DNA of 64,000 nt from Candidatus Bathyarchaeota archaeon (GTDB taxonomy: Archaea > Thermoproteota > Bathyarchaeia > Bathyarchaeales > DTEX01). This document shows positions 52,974-63,058 of the stretch, piece after piece (the stretch's first letter is position 1; the number at the start of each line of letters is the position of its first letter). The notes under the pieces are model-generated. The model had not been told where the DNA came from, did not search any database, and saw only the letters and a list, made by a program, of their open reading frames with translations. The stretch covers positions 96,001 through 160,000 of the forward strand of contig CAVQNT010000002.1 in the NCBI GenBank assembly GCA_963714275.1, read 5' to 3'. The translations under genes were made by a program, and so were the position numbers.

Positions 52974-53561
52974 TTAAATATTCTTATCTGGTCTAGGTAT
53001 ATGTAAGTTTATTTTGTGATGGTTGTAAACATCAAAGACTTGTTTACAAAATTCCACCATTTTTACATCATTATTTTTGATAGCTGCCTCATGCATTTTA
53101 ATAAAATACCTTTTTCCAGCTTCTGTCTGAGAATAATTTTTTTTGATTAAATTATGCTGTGTGCATAGTGTTTGACCATTTTCGAGAGTATTGCTTCCGC
53201 CTATATCCTTGGGAAGTACGTGATCTGCACATATTTCAACGCCGTCTTTTCTTCCTAATCCACATACTACACATCTGTAATTGTCTCTTTTGAATATTTC
53301 CTGTTTTACATCTTCAGGGAAATCAAATAATTCTTCAGTATGAACGTAATGGGGGTCATACTTATATACGCCCTTTCTGACTTTGACTAATTTTCCTTCT
53401 TGGTGAAGTTTTCTGATAGCTCTCCAAGGGTCTCTGGGTTTATTTCCAGTTATTTTTACATATTGTTCTTCGACCCAGTCAACGACAGGTCCATGTTCCA
53501 AATCCTGCTTAGGATGTTTCTTAAAATATTCCATAATCAAGTCATTTATGGACTTAGTCAT
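52974..53561 (-). CDS. HNH endonuclease, probable type II restriction enzyme
   Basis: RDNYRCVVCG...ADHVLP...NGQTLCTQHN; overlaps MTase stop by 8 nt; AT-rich. Confidence 0.85.
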   Translation of the reverse strand: MTKSINDLIMEYFKKHPKQDLEHGPVVDWVEEQYVKITGNKPRDPWRAIRKLHQEGKLVKVRKGVYKYDPHYVHTEELFDFPEDVKQEIFKRDNYRCVVCGLGRKDGVEICADHVLPKDIGGSNTLENGQTLCTQHNLIKKNYSQTEAGKRYFIKMHEAAIKNNDVKMVEFCKQVFDVYNHHKINLHIPRPDKNI

Positions 53562-54387
53562 ACAATGCCCCTCTGACTAGTAGTCTCTTTTGCTCTATTC
53601 CGCATTCCTTTAATCTCTTAACTGCTAATTCACAGTAATTTCTGTCAATATCAATGCCGATCCCTTTCCTGTTGTTCAGTAAACAAGCCACTAGAGTCGT
53701 TCCGCTGCCAAGAAAAGGGTCAAGTATTGTATCACCGACAAAGCTGAACAGTTTTATGCATCTTTTTGGGAGTTCCACCGGATATGGCGAAGGGTGTCCA
53801 ATTTTGTTTTTGCTTTCGCCATTAAAGTTCCATACACCATTAGTCCATTCTATGAACTCATCCCTTGTTATGTCCGATGTTTTGCTGCCGTCTGTTTTTT
53901 TCCATCTCTTCTTGTAAAGAACAACTATTACTTCGACTGGTGCTATTACAAATGGCGCAGATGCGCTTAACCATGAACCCCAAGCGGTCCTTCGTGAAAT
54001 GTTTTGCTCGTTCCATATTATTGTGGCGTGATATTTCCATCCAACTTTTTTCGCAATGGTCGTTATATCAGCACATACGCTTTGTTGCCCACCCTTGTTC
54101 TTGTCTAAAGGAATATTAAGGCAGAAGCGACCATCGTCTTTGGCAAAATCATAACACTTGGTGAGCCATTTTTCGGTGAACTCCAAATATTGTTCATAAG
54201 GAATGTTGTCTTTATAGGTTTCATATTTTATGTCGATGCCATATGGAGGAGAAGTTATAATAAGATCAATGCTGTTTTTTTCAATAGAATCAGCAGTAAG
54301 AATGTCGTCATCGTAGATGATGATGTCGTCAAACTTAAAACAGGGTGCTTTCATGCTTCCCACGTTTTTGTAATTGTTCTTCTCCAT
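53554..54387 (-). CDS. Beta-class N4-cytosine/N6-adenine DNA methyltransferase
   Basis: TSPPY motif IV before DPFLGSGTT motif I. Confidence 0.93.
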   Translation of the reverse strand: MEKNNYKNVGSMKAPCFKFDDIIIYDDDILTADSIEKNSIDLIITSPPYGIDIKYETYKDNIPYEQYLEFTEKWLTKCYDFAKDDGRFCLNIPLDKNKGGQQSVCADITTIAKKVGWKYHATIIWNEQNISRRTAWGSWLSASAPFVIAPVEVIVVLYKKRWKKTDGSKTSDITRDEFIEWTNGVWNFNGESKNKIGHPSPYPVELPKRCIKLFSFVGDTILDPFLGSGTTLVACLLNNRKGIGIDIDRNYCELAVKRLKECGIEQKRLLVRGALYD

Positions 54388-54575
54388 GTTTCTACTCGCA
54401 CTGCAATATATATCAATTATCTCAATCTTGAAACTTTATGCAGTCATGCGAGAGTGTATCATATAGACTATTATGGTCATGGTTTATGAAAACTTTGGTC
54501 AGTTTTTATATAACAGAATATCTAGCTTTTATTATAGTTTGGTTAAAAAACTTCAGGTATTTATTATTGTGATTA

Positions 54576-55007
54576 TTATTTTCCGGTTAAGGTCATGATG
54601 TTTTTTTCGTTGCGTTTTCTTTTTAAGTTTAGTCCTTTGAGTTCTATGATGACGAGTTCAGCAAGATAAAGTGTACGGCATCCTTCTTCTAGGTGTCCTG
54701 CGTACGCTTTTTCGTTGTCTGAGACGACGACGTGCAGGTGGGGTTCGCCGTTTGCTATTACGCCGTTGACGTTTGCGAGTTCGAGGGGTTTGTCTTTCCA
54801 CTGTTCGAACCTGTTCTGTGGCGGAAACCCCGTGGTTGAAACGTAGTGTATCCTGTATTGGTCTAAGGTGCCAACTGCTGAAACGACGACGGCGTCTTTG
54901 ATTCCTTCTTTTTTTATGAGTTCTTTGACGCTTTCTAGGACGTAGTCGCCGGTGTCAAGGCTTAAGGCGAAGATTCTGCCCATTTTTTTGGTTGAGTAGT
55001 ACTTCAT
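54576..55007 (-). CDS. PPC/DUF296 domain protein
   Basis: SAVGTL, HLHVVVS and AGHL. Confidence 0.88.
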   Translation of the reverse strand: MKYYSTKKMGRIFALSLDTGDYVLESVKELIKKEGIKDAVVVSAVGTLDQYRIHYVSTTGFPPQNRFEQWKDKPLELANVNGVIANGEPHLHVVVSDNEKAYAGHLEEGCRTLYLAELVIIELKGLNLKRKRNEKNIMTLTGK

Positions 55008-55011
55008 TTCT

Positions 55012-55464
55012 TTATTCCTTGCGATTGAACAAAAGCTCGATTGTGCCTCCGAGCTTGCCTGCGGAGTCCATGTAAACGTAGCAGCCGCCCTTGTAGTCGC
55101 CCTTCTGTTCAATGCCTATTCCAGATTTGCGGAAAGTTTCCAGTGTTCCATCAAGGTCCTCAACGTTGAAAGCTATGTGGTGGATGCCTTCGCCTTTTCG
55201 GTCACCAAACTGCTGCCAAGTACTCGGTTCGCCGATGGGTTCTATGAGCTCCAGAGTAATGTTTTCAAACTGGAAGAAGGTTAGTTTTGCTTTAGCCTTC
55301 GACGGTTTGCCCTTGAAGGTCATATGGGTCGCTTCCCATCCTTCGGTTTCCATTATCGGATTTTCCTTTACGCCTAGGAGCTTCGCCCAGTCTGCTCGGG
55401 CTTTTTCAATGTTTTTTACGACGATAGCTACCTGAGATATGCGTTTAAACTGTCCGTCAACCAA
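55012..55464 (-). CDS. VOC/glyoxalase family protein (methylmalonyl-CoA epimerase-like)
   Basis: QVAIVV, LELIEP, GEGIHHIAF and IEL. Confidence 0.88.
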   Translation of the reverse strand: MVDGQFKRISQVAIVVKNIEKARADWAKLLGVKENPIMETEGWEATHMTFKGKPSKAKAKLTFFQFENITLELIEPIGEPSTWQQFGDRKGEGIHHIAFNVEDLDGTLETFRKSGIGIEQKGDYKGGCYVYMDSAGKLGGTIELLFNRKE

Positions 55465-55492
55465 CTTTTACACCTCAAACATTTCCTCATAA

Positions 55493-56176
55493 CTATAAAG
55501 TAATGCCTACTTTATCTAGAAATGGCTTTTGACCTTTCCTGTCCAATTCTAGTCGTTTTTCAGCTCCTTCCAGAACCTGCACTGCGACCTTTTTGGGGAC
55601 AATCACGACTCCGTCGTCGTCGCCCACAACGACGTCGCCTGGATTAACGTACGCTCCGCCGACAGTGATTGGGACGTTCACGTTTTCGGGTTTGATTTCT
55701 ATTCTGCCGATGACTTCGGTTCTTCCTATTGTCCTGCAGAAGACTGGGAACTGGATTTTCCGTATTTCGTACGTGTCTCTGCATCCTCCGTCGAGAACTA
55801 TGCCTTCGACGCCTTTGGCTTTAGCTGACAAGCCTATATTGGAGCCCCAGAATCCTACGTCGATGCATCCGTCTAAGTCTACGACTAGAACGATCCCTTT
55901 ACCTGCGTGCTTCACGAAATGGTCGTAATTGGCTCTTTTGCCGTACCATTCTCCGGCGTAGTTTTCGTATTCTTCAGGCGTCATGGAGGGAATTTCGTCT
56001 TGAACCCTGTTGGCCTTCACGGTCACTGCGTGCCCAGCCATCATTATGCCTGAGTATAGGGGTTTTATTTCGTTTGACACGAGGACTTTGTCGTGGAAGC
56101 CATAACGGTCCAAGGCGTCAATGACGTCGGCGACGCGGATTTTCTTGTACCGTTCAACCAGTTTAAGGTCATTCAA
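55493..56176 (-). CDS. RraA/HMG aldolase family protein
   Basis: DVIDALD, WGSN, DGGCRD and VNPGDVVVGDDDGVV. Confidence 0.9.
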   Translation of the reverse strand: MNDLKLVERYKKIRVADVIDALDRYGFHDKVLVSNEIKPLYSGIMMAGHAVTVKANRVQDEIPSMTPEEYENYAGEWYGKRANYDHFVKHAGKGIVLVVDLDGCIDVGFWGSNIGLSAKAKGVEGIVLDGGCRDTYEIRKIQFPVFCRTIGRTEVIGRIEIKPENVNVPITVGGAYVNPGDVVVGDDDGVVIVPKKVAVQVLEGAEKRLELDRKGQKPFLDKVGITL

Positions 56177-56299
56177 CTTTTGTTCACCTGCATCGTTTCC
56201 CGACTTTAATTATTATTTAGGCTTATTAACGCATAAAAACCTCACTGCTTCCTTGAATACCAATGTTTTCATGCATTGAAATGAACCATTATTCTGTCG

Positions 56300-56349
56300 T
56301 CTAGTCTGATTTGTTCAACAACCGATTTTCAATTATGAACAACAAACCA
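56300..56349 (-). repeat. Dispersed intergenic repeat, copy B
   Basis: Reverse complement TGGTTTGTTGTTCATAATTGAAAATCGGTTGTTGAACAAATCAGACTAGA; 46/50 to copy A. Confidence 0.85.
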
Positions 56350-56408
56350 TTTTTTTTGTAGGTCCATCTTTTTTACATGACATGTTTAGACAGTAATTTT
56401 GGCTTGGT

Positions 56409-57574
56409 TTATGGTCGTTTTTGTTCGAAGATCCACGATGCTCCTGCTATGAGATTTCGTATTGGGAGATGTTGGGGGCACAGTTCTTCGCATTTTCCGC
56501 ACTTTTTGCAGTTTTTGGCTCCGTTTTCTTTGCCTACGGTTTCATTGTACTTGTTCACGACTTCCTGTTCCGCGTTTCTGTCTCCGCGTTTCGTGTAATG
56601 CAGGTTATACAGAGCGAAAATTTCGGGTATAGCCACGTTGTTCGGGCACGGCATACAGTACCTGCAACCGGTGCATCCGATGAACCCGTACTCCGAGTAT
56701 TTCCTGCGCACCCGTTCAATCAGTCGAGCTCTTTGTCCGTTAACGTTTCTGGTCCTGAACGGCTTGCGCTTTCAACGTTTTCGACTACCTGTTGCATTGT
56801 GCTCATTCCGCTGAGGGCAACTGAGACTTCCGGATGGTTCCACACCCATTGGAGTGCCCATTCAGCCAGAGACCGTTTGGTTTCTGCTTCGTCCCATATG
56901 GCTTGAGTCTCCTTTGGTGGATTGACGGCTAATGCGCCTCCTCCGATTGGCTCCATGATGACGACAGGCAGCCCTTTGGAGGCAGCATACTTTAGTCCTT
57001 TGGTTGTTGCTTGTCGGTCTTGGTCCATATAGTTGTACAGGATTTGGCACATTGCCCATTTGTCGTAGCTGTCGACAATTTCTTTTAGGGCTTCGAATTC
57101 GTCGTGGAAGCTGAACCCCAACCCTCGGATTCTGCCGTCTGCAACGGCGGTTTCTGCCCACTCAAGCACGTTCAGGTTTTTCATTTTTTCCCATCTTTCT
57201 TTTCCAATGCCGTGCAGAAGATAAAAGTCGATGTGGTCAGTTTGAAGCCTGCTGAGCTGTTCGTTTAGGTATTTTTCCATGTCCGCCTGGGAATTAACTA
57301 TCCACGTAGGCAACTTTGTGGCAAGTTTCACCTTTTCCCTGTACCCGTCTTTGAGGGCTTTGCCGACGACGACTTCGCTTTTTCCGCCGTGGTAGCCGTA
57401 GGCTGTGTCGACGTAGTTGACGCCGTGGTCGATGGCGTACCTGATCATCTCGACGGCTTTCGGCTCATCAACGTTAGAATGGTCTTCGCCTGACAACGGA
57501 AGCCTCATCGCCCCGAACCCTAAAGATGAGACCTTAAAATCATGTTTTCCGAACCTTCGATACTTCACAAACAA
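56409..57574 (-). CDS. Aldo/keto reductase with C-terminal 4Fe-4S dicluster; frameshift near 56722
   Basis: LGFGAMRLP, DTAYGY, GFSFH, then CTGCRYCMPCP and CKKCGKCEELCPQ. Confidence 0.9.
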
Positions 57575-57660
57575 TCCCTTCAGACCGCATTTACATAATA
57601 TTACGCTTCACATACTTGAGAATGTTTCTGTTTTGTAGCAGTTGGTCGCTGTATCTTTTT

Positions 57661-57984
57661 TTAAGGATTAGAGATTTTTGTTCTGAGAGACTTCAACGTT
57701 CCCGAGACCCGAATCATGTGCAAGATTACTTTTTCATGAGTAACATCAGTTGTGGCTGCTATTGACGCTTTAACCATTTCTAGAGCTTTGTGAGAGCAAC
57801 GGAAAATGGCCTGCCTACTATCCGCATCATACTCAACAATGTATAGCTCGGCTTGGCTGGCTCCGTATTCTCCAAAGAGCCGAACTAAACTAGTCCAGAC
57901 AGCGTCATAGACTGCCCTTTCGCTGAATGTTTGGTGACTTTCGATTCTTACAGCAACGTAACGTCGCCTTACGATTCTGGTCAG
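57661..57984 (-). CDS. rnp2: RNase P protein Pop5/Rpp14 (missed by ORF track; apparent CTG start)
   Basis: Manual translation (L)TRIVRRRYVAVRI...LVRLFGEYGASQ...IFRCSH...VSGTLKSL; follows rnp3. Confidence 0.88.
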   Translation of the reverse strand: MTRIVRRRYVAVRIESHQTFSERAVYDAVWTSLVRLFGEYGASQAELYIVEYDADSRQAIFRCSHKALEMVKASIAATTDVTHEKVILHMIRVSGTLKSLRTKISNP

Positions 57985-58709
57985 TCTTTTCTCCTCCTGA
58001 CGACAAAAACTCCTGGAGCCAAAAAGTTTGGGCTGAGTTTCCTCCTGTTCTGTTCCACAATACCTTTTGGAGTCACTGAAAAAGCCTGTCTAGCGTCATG
58101 TTGATCCATTCCGAACAGGTATGCTAGGGAACAGTAGTCTTCAGCGTTTCTAAGTAAGAATTGTTCGTTGGCTCCGCTTGACAAAACAATAGGTACATGA
58201 ACCTTGTTCGCGACCTGAACTTCTCTGCGTAGGCACGAAAGCAAAATAGACCTCCTGAATCCCTGCTCAGTTAACAACGGAGCCATGTCAATCTCAAGTG
58301 CGGCTTGGGCTTCAGATGCGAGCTCAGCTTCCGCAAAATCAAAAAACCGTTTTTTAGGATGGGTTAAAGGGAACGATATCAGGTCGACCCTTCGGTCCTT
58401 AGCGGCTTGTCTAGCAACCTCCTTTGAGTAGCACTTCACCGCTATGACTTCAGTTTTTCTCCGCAAGTTTCTCAAGATGTTAAGCAATTCGCCCGCTGTT
58501 CGTGGAGACAAATCGGTCCGTGAAACAAAATCCACGCCTAAGCTGCTGCAGATTGCCGTTAATTCTTCAGGTTCTTTTTGTGATGCTTTTGGTGAAATAG
58601 GGATTCCGATTGCCGTATACCCGAGTTCAGCAGCTTTTTCAACCATTTCTTTGACATGGGCACAATTATCGAACTGTGGGCATAGGTGCAGGTCAGTGTA
58701 GAATCTCAT
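57981..58709 (-). CDS. rnp3: RNase P protein Rpp30
   Basis: DLHL, ARQAAKDRRVDLI and PIVLSSGA. Confidence 0.9.
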   Translation of the reverse strand: MRFYTDLHLCPQFDNCAHVKEMVEKAAELGYTAIGIPISPKASQKEPEELTAICSSLGVDFVSRTDLSPRTAGELLNILRNLRRKTEVIAVKCYSKEVARQAAKDRRVDLISFPLTHPKKRFFDFAEAELASEAQAALEIDMAPLLTEQGFRRSILLSCLRREVQVANKVHVPIVLSSGANEQFLLRNAEDYCSLAYLFGMDQHDARQAFSVTPKGIVEQNRRKLSPNFLAPGVFVVRRRKD

Positions 58710-59158
58710 GGAACCATTCCTAACCTCCGAATAATGTTTGTAATTTCTTCGATTTTCGAGGTTCTAAACTTGATTCTTAAGCGAATAGGGTCAGCGAGGC
58801 AGAGTTCAGGCTTACCTTTGAAGGCAGCCTGTTTATTGAGTCTAAGGTAGAGGTTTCCCTTTGTTAGCCGAAGTTCAAGTTCATCAAGCAAGGCTTCCTT
58901 GTCAATCTGCGAAAGTCTTAACCCAATGTTTCGGAGAAGACCGTCAGCGATTTCAGGGTCTCTTATTTGGGTTTCAAAAATGGCTATGGGGTTTCCGTAT
59001 TCCCCTTTAAAGTTTTTTTGGCTTATAGCTACCTCTTCGACGTGTTCGGGCGGCAAAAGGTTGCGTACAGCTGTTAAGACTTTGTCTCTCTCTTCAGTCG
59101 CATGGACCAGAAAGCTAAGATCAACGTAAAGTATTTCGTTTCTCGGCAACCAGCTCAC
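58706..59158 (-). CDS. DUF54 RNA-binding protein
   Basis: VHATEE..KV, GEYGNPI and LYLRLNKQAA. Confidence 0.88.
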   Translation of the reverse strand: MSWLPRNEILYVDLSFLVHATEERDKVLTAVRNLLPPEHVEEVAISQKNFKGEYGNPIAIFETQIRDPEIADGLLRNIGLRLSQIDKEALLDELELRLTKGNLYLRLNKQAAFKGKPELCLADPIRLRIKFRTSKIEEITNIIRRLGMVP

Positions 59159-59390
59159 ACATCTTCAAAGGAATTAACGGTTTTCCTCTCAACATATACT
59201 CTTTACAATGAATTTAAGCATAATTAATACACGTAACCTTATCGACAACATTACAGACTGCTTCCAATAAAAGACAAGCCAAAAATTATGTGAAAAATAT
59301 CTCCGACGATGCCTGAAAGGCGCTAAAAATAAAAGTGATTGATGCATCCTTTTTTAGGACCATAGTGTTAAAAATGGTTGTGAATGTGCA

Positions 59391-59867
59391 TTGGAGCTGG
59401 CGAATAACGTGATTCCTACGGCTTTCTTCGTGACAGGCGGAAAGGCAATCAGCAAGGTTTCGGAGCTTAACACCTTCGACTTGGCTTTAAAGGAAGCTGG
59501 CATAGAACAGTGCAACCTTGTGGCGGTGAGCTCGATTATCCCGCCTGACTGTAAGGAAACGAAGCCTAGGAAGCTCCCGATTGGAGCCATCACGTATGTT
59601 GTGTTGTCAAAGGCTGATGGACAAGGAGAAATGTTAAGCGCAGGAATCGCATGGGGCAAAGACGAAAACAGCGGATACGGCATAGTAGCTGAGGCTTACG
59701 GACACACGGATGAAGCTGCAACTAAAAAGAAACTGGACGCCAAAGTTCAAGAGATGGCGAGGATACGAAACATCAAACTAGGCAACGTAAAATATAGAAT
59801 TGAAACCATTGATGTGCCAAAAAACTATTATGGATGCGCTGTCGCAGCCTTAGTCTATATCTTCTAG
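59391..59867 (+). CDS. pdaD: Pyruvoyl-dependent arginine decarboxylase
   Basis: FDLALKEAGI..CNLV.VSSIIPP self-cleavage motif. Confidence 0.9.
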   Translation: MELANNVIPTAFFVTGGKAISKVSELNTFDLALKEAGIEQCNLVAVSSIIPPDCKETKPRKLPIGAITYVVLSKADGQGEMLSAGIAWGKDENSGYGIVAEAYGHTDEAATKKKLDAKVQEMARIRNIKLGNVKYRIETIDVPKNYYGCAVAALVYIF

Positions 59868-59869
59868 TC

Positions 59870-60367
59870 CTAAGCCATCAGCCCACGGACCTTTCTCCCC
59901 GCGCTTGTTAAGCCCCTGAATACTCGTCCCCTGCCTTTTCCGAGGTTCAGTTCAGGCAGCACCGTCAAGTCCACGAGAATAACCTCATACCACTTGTTTA
60001 GGCCATCCTGCCAAACCCAGTACGAGTTGAGAACTTCTAGGTTCGGAAACTTTCTCGCGGTCCTTTCCTCGCCAATCAGCCTCATGCTTTTGGCAAATTT
60101 GAGCTTGTTTACGCCCATTTTTTTCTGTCTTCTGCCCGTTTTTGGACGCTGTCTTCGATAGCCGCTTTTTCTAACACGGACTCGGACAATAACATAGCCA
60201 GTTTTGTCCTTGTAGCCCAATCTTCGAGCTCTGTCTATGCGGGTGGGCTTGTCGACCCTTGTGATCGCTTGCTCTTTCCGCCAGAGAATGACCCTTTCCT
60301 TCATGACCTCTTTAACGTAGCTGGATTCAGGTTTCCTCCAAGCCTTAGCCATATACTTGTAAGCCAC
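59870..60367 (-). CDS. rpl15e: 50S ribosomal protein L15e
   Basis: PTRIDRARRLGYK, LEVLNSYWV and RVFRGLTSAG. Confidence 0.96.
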   Translation of the reverse strand: MAYKYMAKAWRKPESSYVKEVMKERVILWRKEQAITRVDKPTRIDRARRLGYKDKTGYVIVRVRVRKSGYRRQRPKTGRRQKKMGVNKLKFAKSMRLIGEERTARKFPNLEVLNSYWVWQDGLNKWYEVILVDLTVLPELNLGKGRGRVFRGLTSAGRKVRGLMA

Positions 60368-60556
60368 TTCACCACAACGCTCCAAGATACGGCAATGCTA
60401 CAAAAAAGACAAATTTATACCTTCCGTTAGTGCTGAAAAGCCTTTTGTCATAAAACACGATTTTCAACCATTCAAGTTTAGGTTATTCTGAATACAGCTC
60501 ATTAAACGGAAAGCGTTATTTCTGGGTTGGCAGCTATTGGTTATCAAGTGAGCAAA

Positions 60557-61297
60557 ATGGAAAAAACGGTTCGAGTTACGGTTTGGAACGAGTTTCTTCA
60601 CGAGAAGCAAAGCCCAGAAATAGGCAAGATTTACCCTGAAGGAATCCACGGCGCCATCGCCAAGCACCTGAGCAAGCAAGGTTTCAAGGTTAGAACAGCC
60701 TTTTTGGAGATGCCTGAGCACGGCTTAACCGACAAGGTTCTCAACGACACCGACGTTCTGATTTGGTGGGGGCACATGGCTCACGACCGAGTCAGCGACG
60801 CCATAGTAGACAAAGTTTACCGTCACATCACAGATTGTGGTATGGGACTCATCGTTCTCCACTCAGGTCACTACTCAAAAATCTTCAGGCGGCTGATGGG
60901 CACAAGCTGCGGACTACGATGGCGTGAAGCAGGCGAAAAAGAACGGCTGTGGGTCGTCTCTCCGGGTCACCCGATCGCCGCGGGGCTTGAAGACTACTTC
61001 GAGATTGAACACACAGAGATGTACGGAGAATACTTCGACATTCCAGCCCCAGACCAGCTAGTGTTCGTAAGCTGGTTCCAAGGAGGCGAAGTCTTCAGAA
61101 GTGGCTGCTGCTTTCACAGAGGCAAAGGCAAAATCTTCTACTTCAGACCGGGGCACGAGTCATTCCCGATATTCTATCACCCGAAAGTCCTCCAAGTCAT
61201 CGAAAACGCAGCCAGATGGGCAGCCCCAGTTGAAGGACCTAAACCTCCAACGATAATAGGAGCCCCAAACGTCAAACCCCTCGAAAAACTCCCATAA
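60557..61297 (+). CDS. thuA: ThuA trehalose-utilisation domain protein
   Basis: [28 protein letters not shown] and YFRPGHE. Confidence 0.9.
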   Translation: MEKTVRVTVWNEFLHEKQSPEIGKIYPEGIHGAIAKHLSKQGFKVRTAFLEMPEHGLTDKVLNDTDVLIWWGHMAHDRVSDAIVDKVYRHITDCGMGLIVLHSGHYSKIFRRLMGTSCGLRWREAGEKERLWVVSPGHPIAAGLEDYFEIEHTEMYGEYFDIPAPDQLVFVSWFQGGEVFRSGCCFHRGKGKIFYFRPGHESFPIFYHPKVLQVIENAARWAAPVEGPKPPTIIGAPNVKPLEKLP

Positions 61298-61482
61298 TCC
61301 CCCGTTCCTCTATTATTTTTTCTGAACTACTGAGAATTTAGGATTTTTTGTAGATAATACAATTACAAAAATGTTAGGAAAACACAAATAGGATGCCTAA
61401 AATAAAAATAATTGTTAATTTCACAGGTTTAAGTCCAGATACTACATAATTAAGCTGAGGTTGGTTTCTTTGTCAAGCAGAC

Positions 61483-62640
61483 TTGGTGTTCAAGGACAGG
61501 AACAAGCTTTCGCCGCATTACATTCCGAAGCAGCTTCCCCACCGAGGCCACCAAATAAGCCTTCTAGACGCCATTTATGGCTCTATACTTAGGAACATAA
61601 GAAACGCCTACCCCCGTTTCACCCAGATAATCGGCGACACAGGAACAGGCAAAACTTGCACAACGGTAAAGTTCGGCGAACAAATTTCGGAAAAGGCAAA
61701 GAAGGAAGGCGTCAACCTGAAGCATGTTTACGTCAACTGCAAGGTTGACGGAACAACCCGATACGTCCTTTTTGGCAACCTCGTACGAAAGGTGACGCCC
61801 AAAATTTCGACGAGAAGCCTAAGCCCTGAGGAAATGATTAGGCAGCTCATTGAGTACTTGAAGGCTGAAGGCATGTTTCTGCTCGCAACCTTCGACGAAA
61901 TTGATTATTTCATCCAGACCAACCCTAAGGAACACGTCATCTACGACTTGACGCGGACGACCGAGATGAGCCCCGGCGAACCCTCGCACGTAATAGGCGA
62001 AATCTTCATCGCAAGGTCCCTGAAATGGCACGAACGCCTCGAACCGGGAGAAAAGTCCACCCTCGGAATGGGCGTCATAGAGTTCCCCAAATACACAAGC
62101 AGCCAAGTCAGAGAGATACTTGAAGACCGCGTCGAAGAAGCCTTCCGCCCGGGAGTCGTGGACGAAGACACGTTAGACCTCATCTGCGACGTCACAGCTA
62201 ATCCGCCCGTGAACGGAGACATCCGCGTGGGACTTGACCTCCTCTACTATTCGGGGAACTTGGCTGAAAACCAGGGACTTGACAGGGTCCACCCTGACCA
62301 CGTTAGGAAAGTGTACGGCGAAACAAACCCGACGATAACCTCTGAGGACATATTGAACCTTGACAAAAACGGAAGACTGGTACTCCTAGCCTTGGTGCGG
62401 AGCCTCCGAGCTGACAAAACAGCGTACGTGGGATTGAGGGAAGTCAGAAAAAGCTACGAGCTAGCCTGCGAGGAGCTGAATGTTAAACCCGTCGAAAGGT
62501 TCGAAGAAATCATCCAAGACCTGGTCTTCCGAGGCATAATCGACATGAAATCCCTCACCGAACTCGGAGTGACCGGAGCGTCAGTCATAGACCTAGAAAA
62601 ATTCCTCAACAACCTAACGCAGAGGCTAGGCGAGAAATGA
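61483..62640 (+). CDS. cdc6: Orc1/Cdc6 family AAA+ protein
   Basis: LSPHYIP..LPHR, GDTGTGKT, YVNC, DEID and GDIR. Confidence 0.9.
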   Translation: MVFKDRNKLSPHYIPKQLPHRGHQISLLDAIYGSILRNIRNAYPRFTQIIGDTGTGKTCTTVKFGEQISEKAKKEGVNLKHVYVNCKVDGTTRYVLFGNLVRKVTPKISTRSLSPEEMIRQLIEYLKAEGMFLLATFDEIDYFIQTNPKEHVIYDLTRTTEMSPGEPSHVIGEIFIARSLKWHERLEPGEKSTLGMGVIEFPKYTSSQVREILEDRVEEAFRPGVVDEDTLDLICDVTANPPVNGDIRVGLDLLYYSGNLAENQGLDRVHPDHVRKVYGETNPTITSEDILNLDKNGRLVLLALVRSLRADKTAYVGLREVRKSYELACEELNVKPVERFEEIIQDLVFRGIIDMKSLTELGVTGASVIDLEKFLNNLTQRLGEK

Positions 62641-62946
62641 ATGAGTAACAAAAACCTGCCCGTATGGGACGAGCTTGAGATGGGACTCGGCGGAGGAAGC
62701 AAGTTCCGCGTCGTTCGGGAGCTATTACTCAAACCAAATGAGGCTTTAACGAAATATGCGCTTGTAAAGGCAACTGGGCTGCGAACGCCTTCGGTTGAAA
62801 GCCAACTCAAAGCCCTTCTTAAGCTGTGCTGGGTCAAGGAATACGCTTTCACACCTAAGACTTACCAAGTTAACCTTGAAAACGAAGTTGTTCAACAATT
62901 GTTCGAAGTTTTCCAGAAAATAAGGCACGCTAAAGGCGGTTCGTAG
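62641..62946 (+). CDS. Small winged helix-turn-helix protein
   Basis: LTKYALVKATGLRTPSVESQLKALLKLCWV...YQVN; ATG abuts the cdc6 stop. Confidence 0.75.
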   Translation: MSNKNLPVWDELEMGLGGGSKFRVVRELLLKPNEALTKYALVKATGLRTPSVESQLKALLKLCWVKEYAFTPKTYQVNLENEVVQQLFEVFQKIRHAKGGS

Positions 62947-63058
62947 TTAATTTTTAAAAAAAATAGTCGTTGTTCTATACATACCCCCTCCCCCTTTATT
63001 CACTGAGGTCTTAAATATCAACTGACAGAGCCTCTAGGCAGACGAGAGTGATGACATA

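Noticed and set aside
27236-56349. Dispersed 50-bp repeats as a CRISPR array
   Set aside because: Copies are 13-16 kb apart, not tandem with spacers, and no cas genes are present
61298-61482. Replication origin directly upstream of cdc6
   Set aside because: AT-rich but no ORB-like repeats recognised
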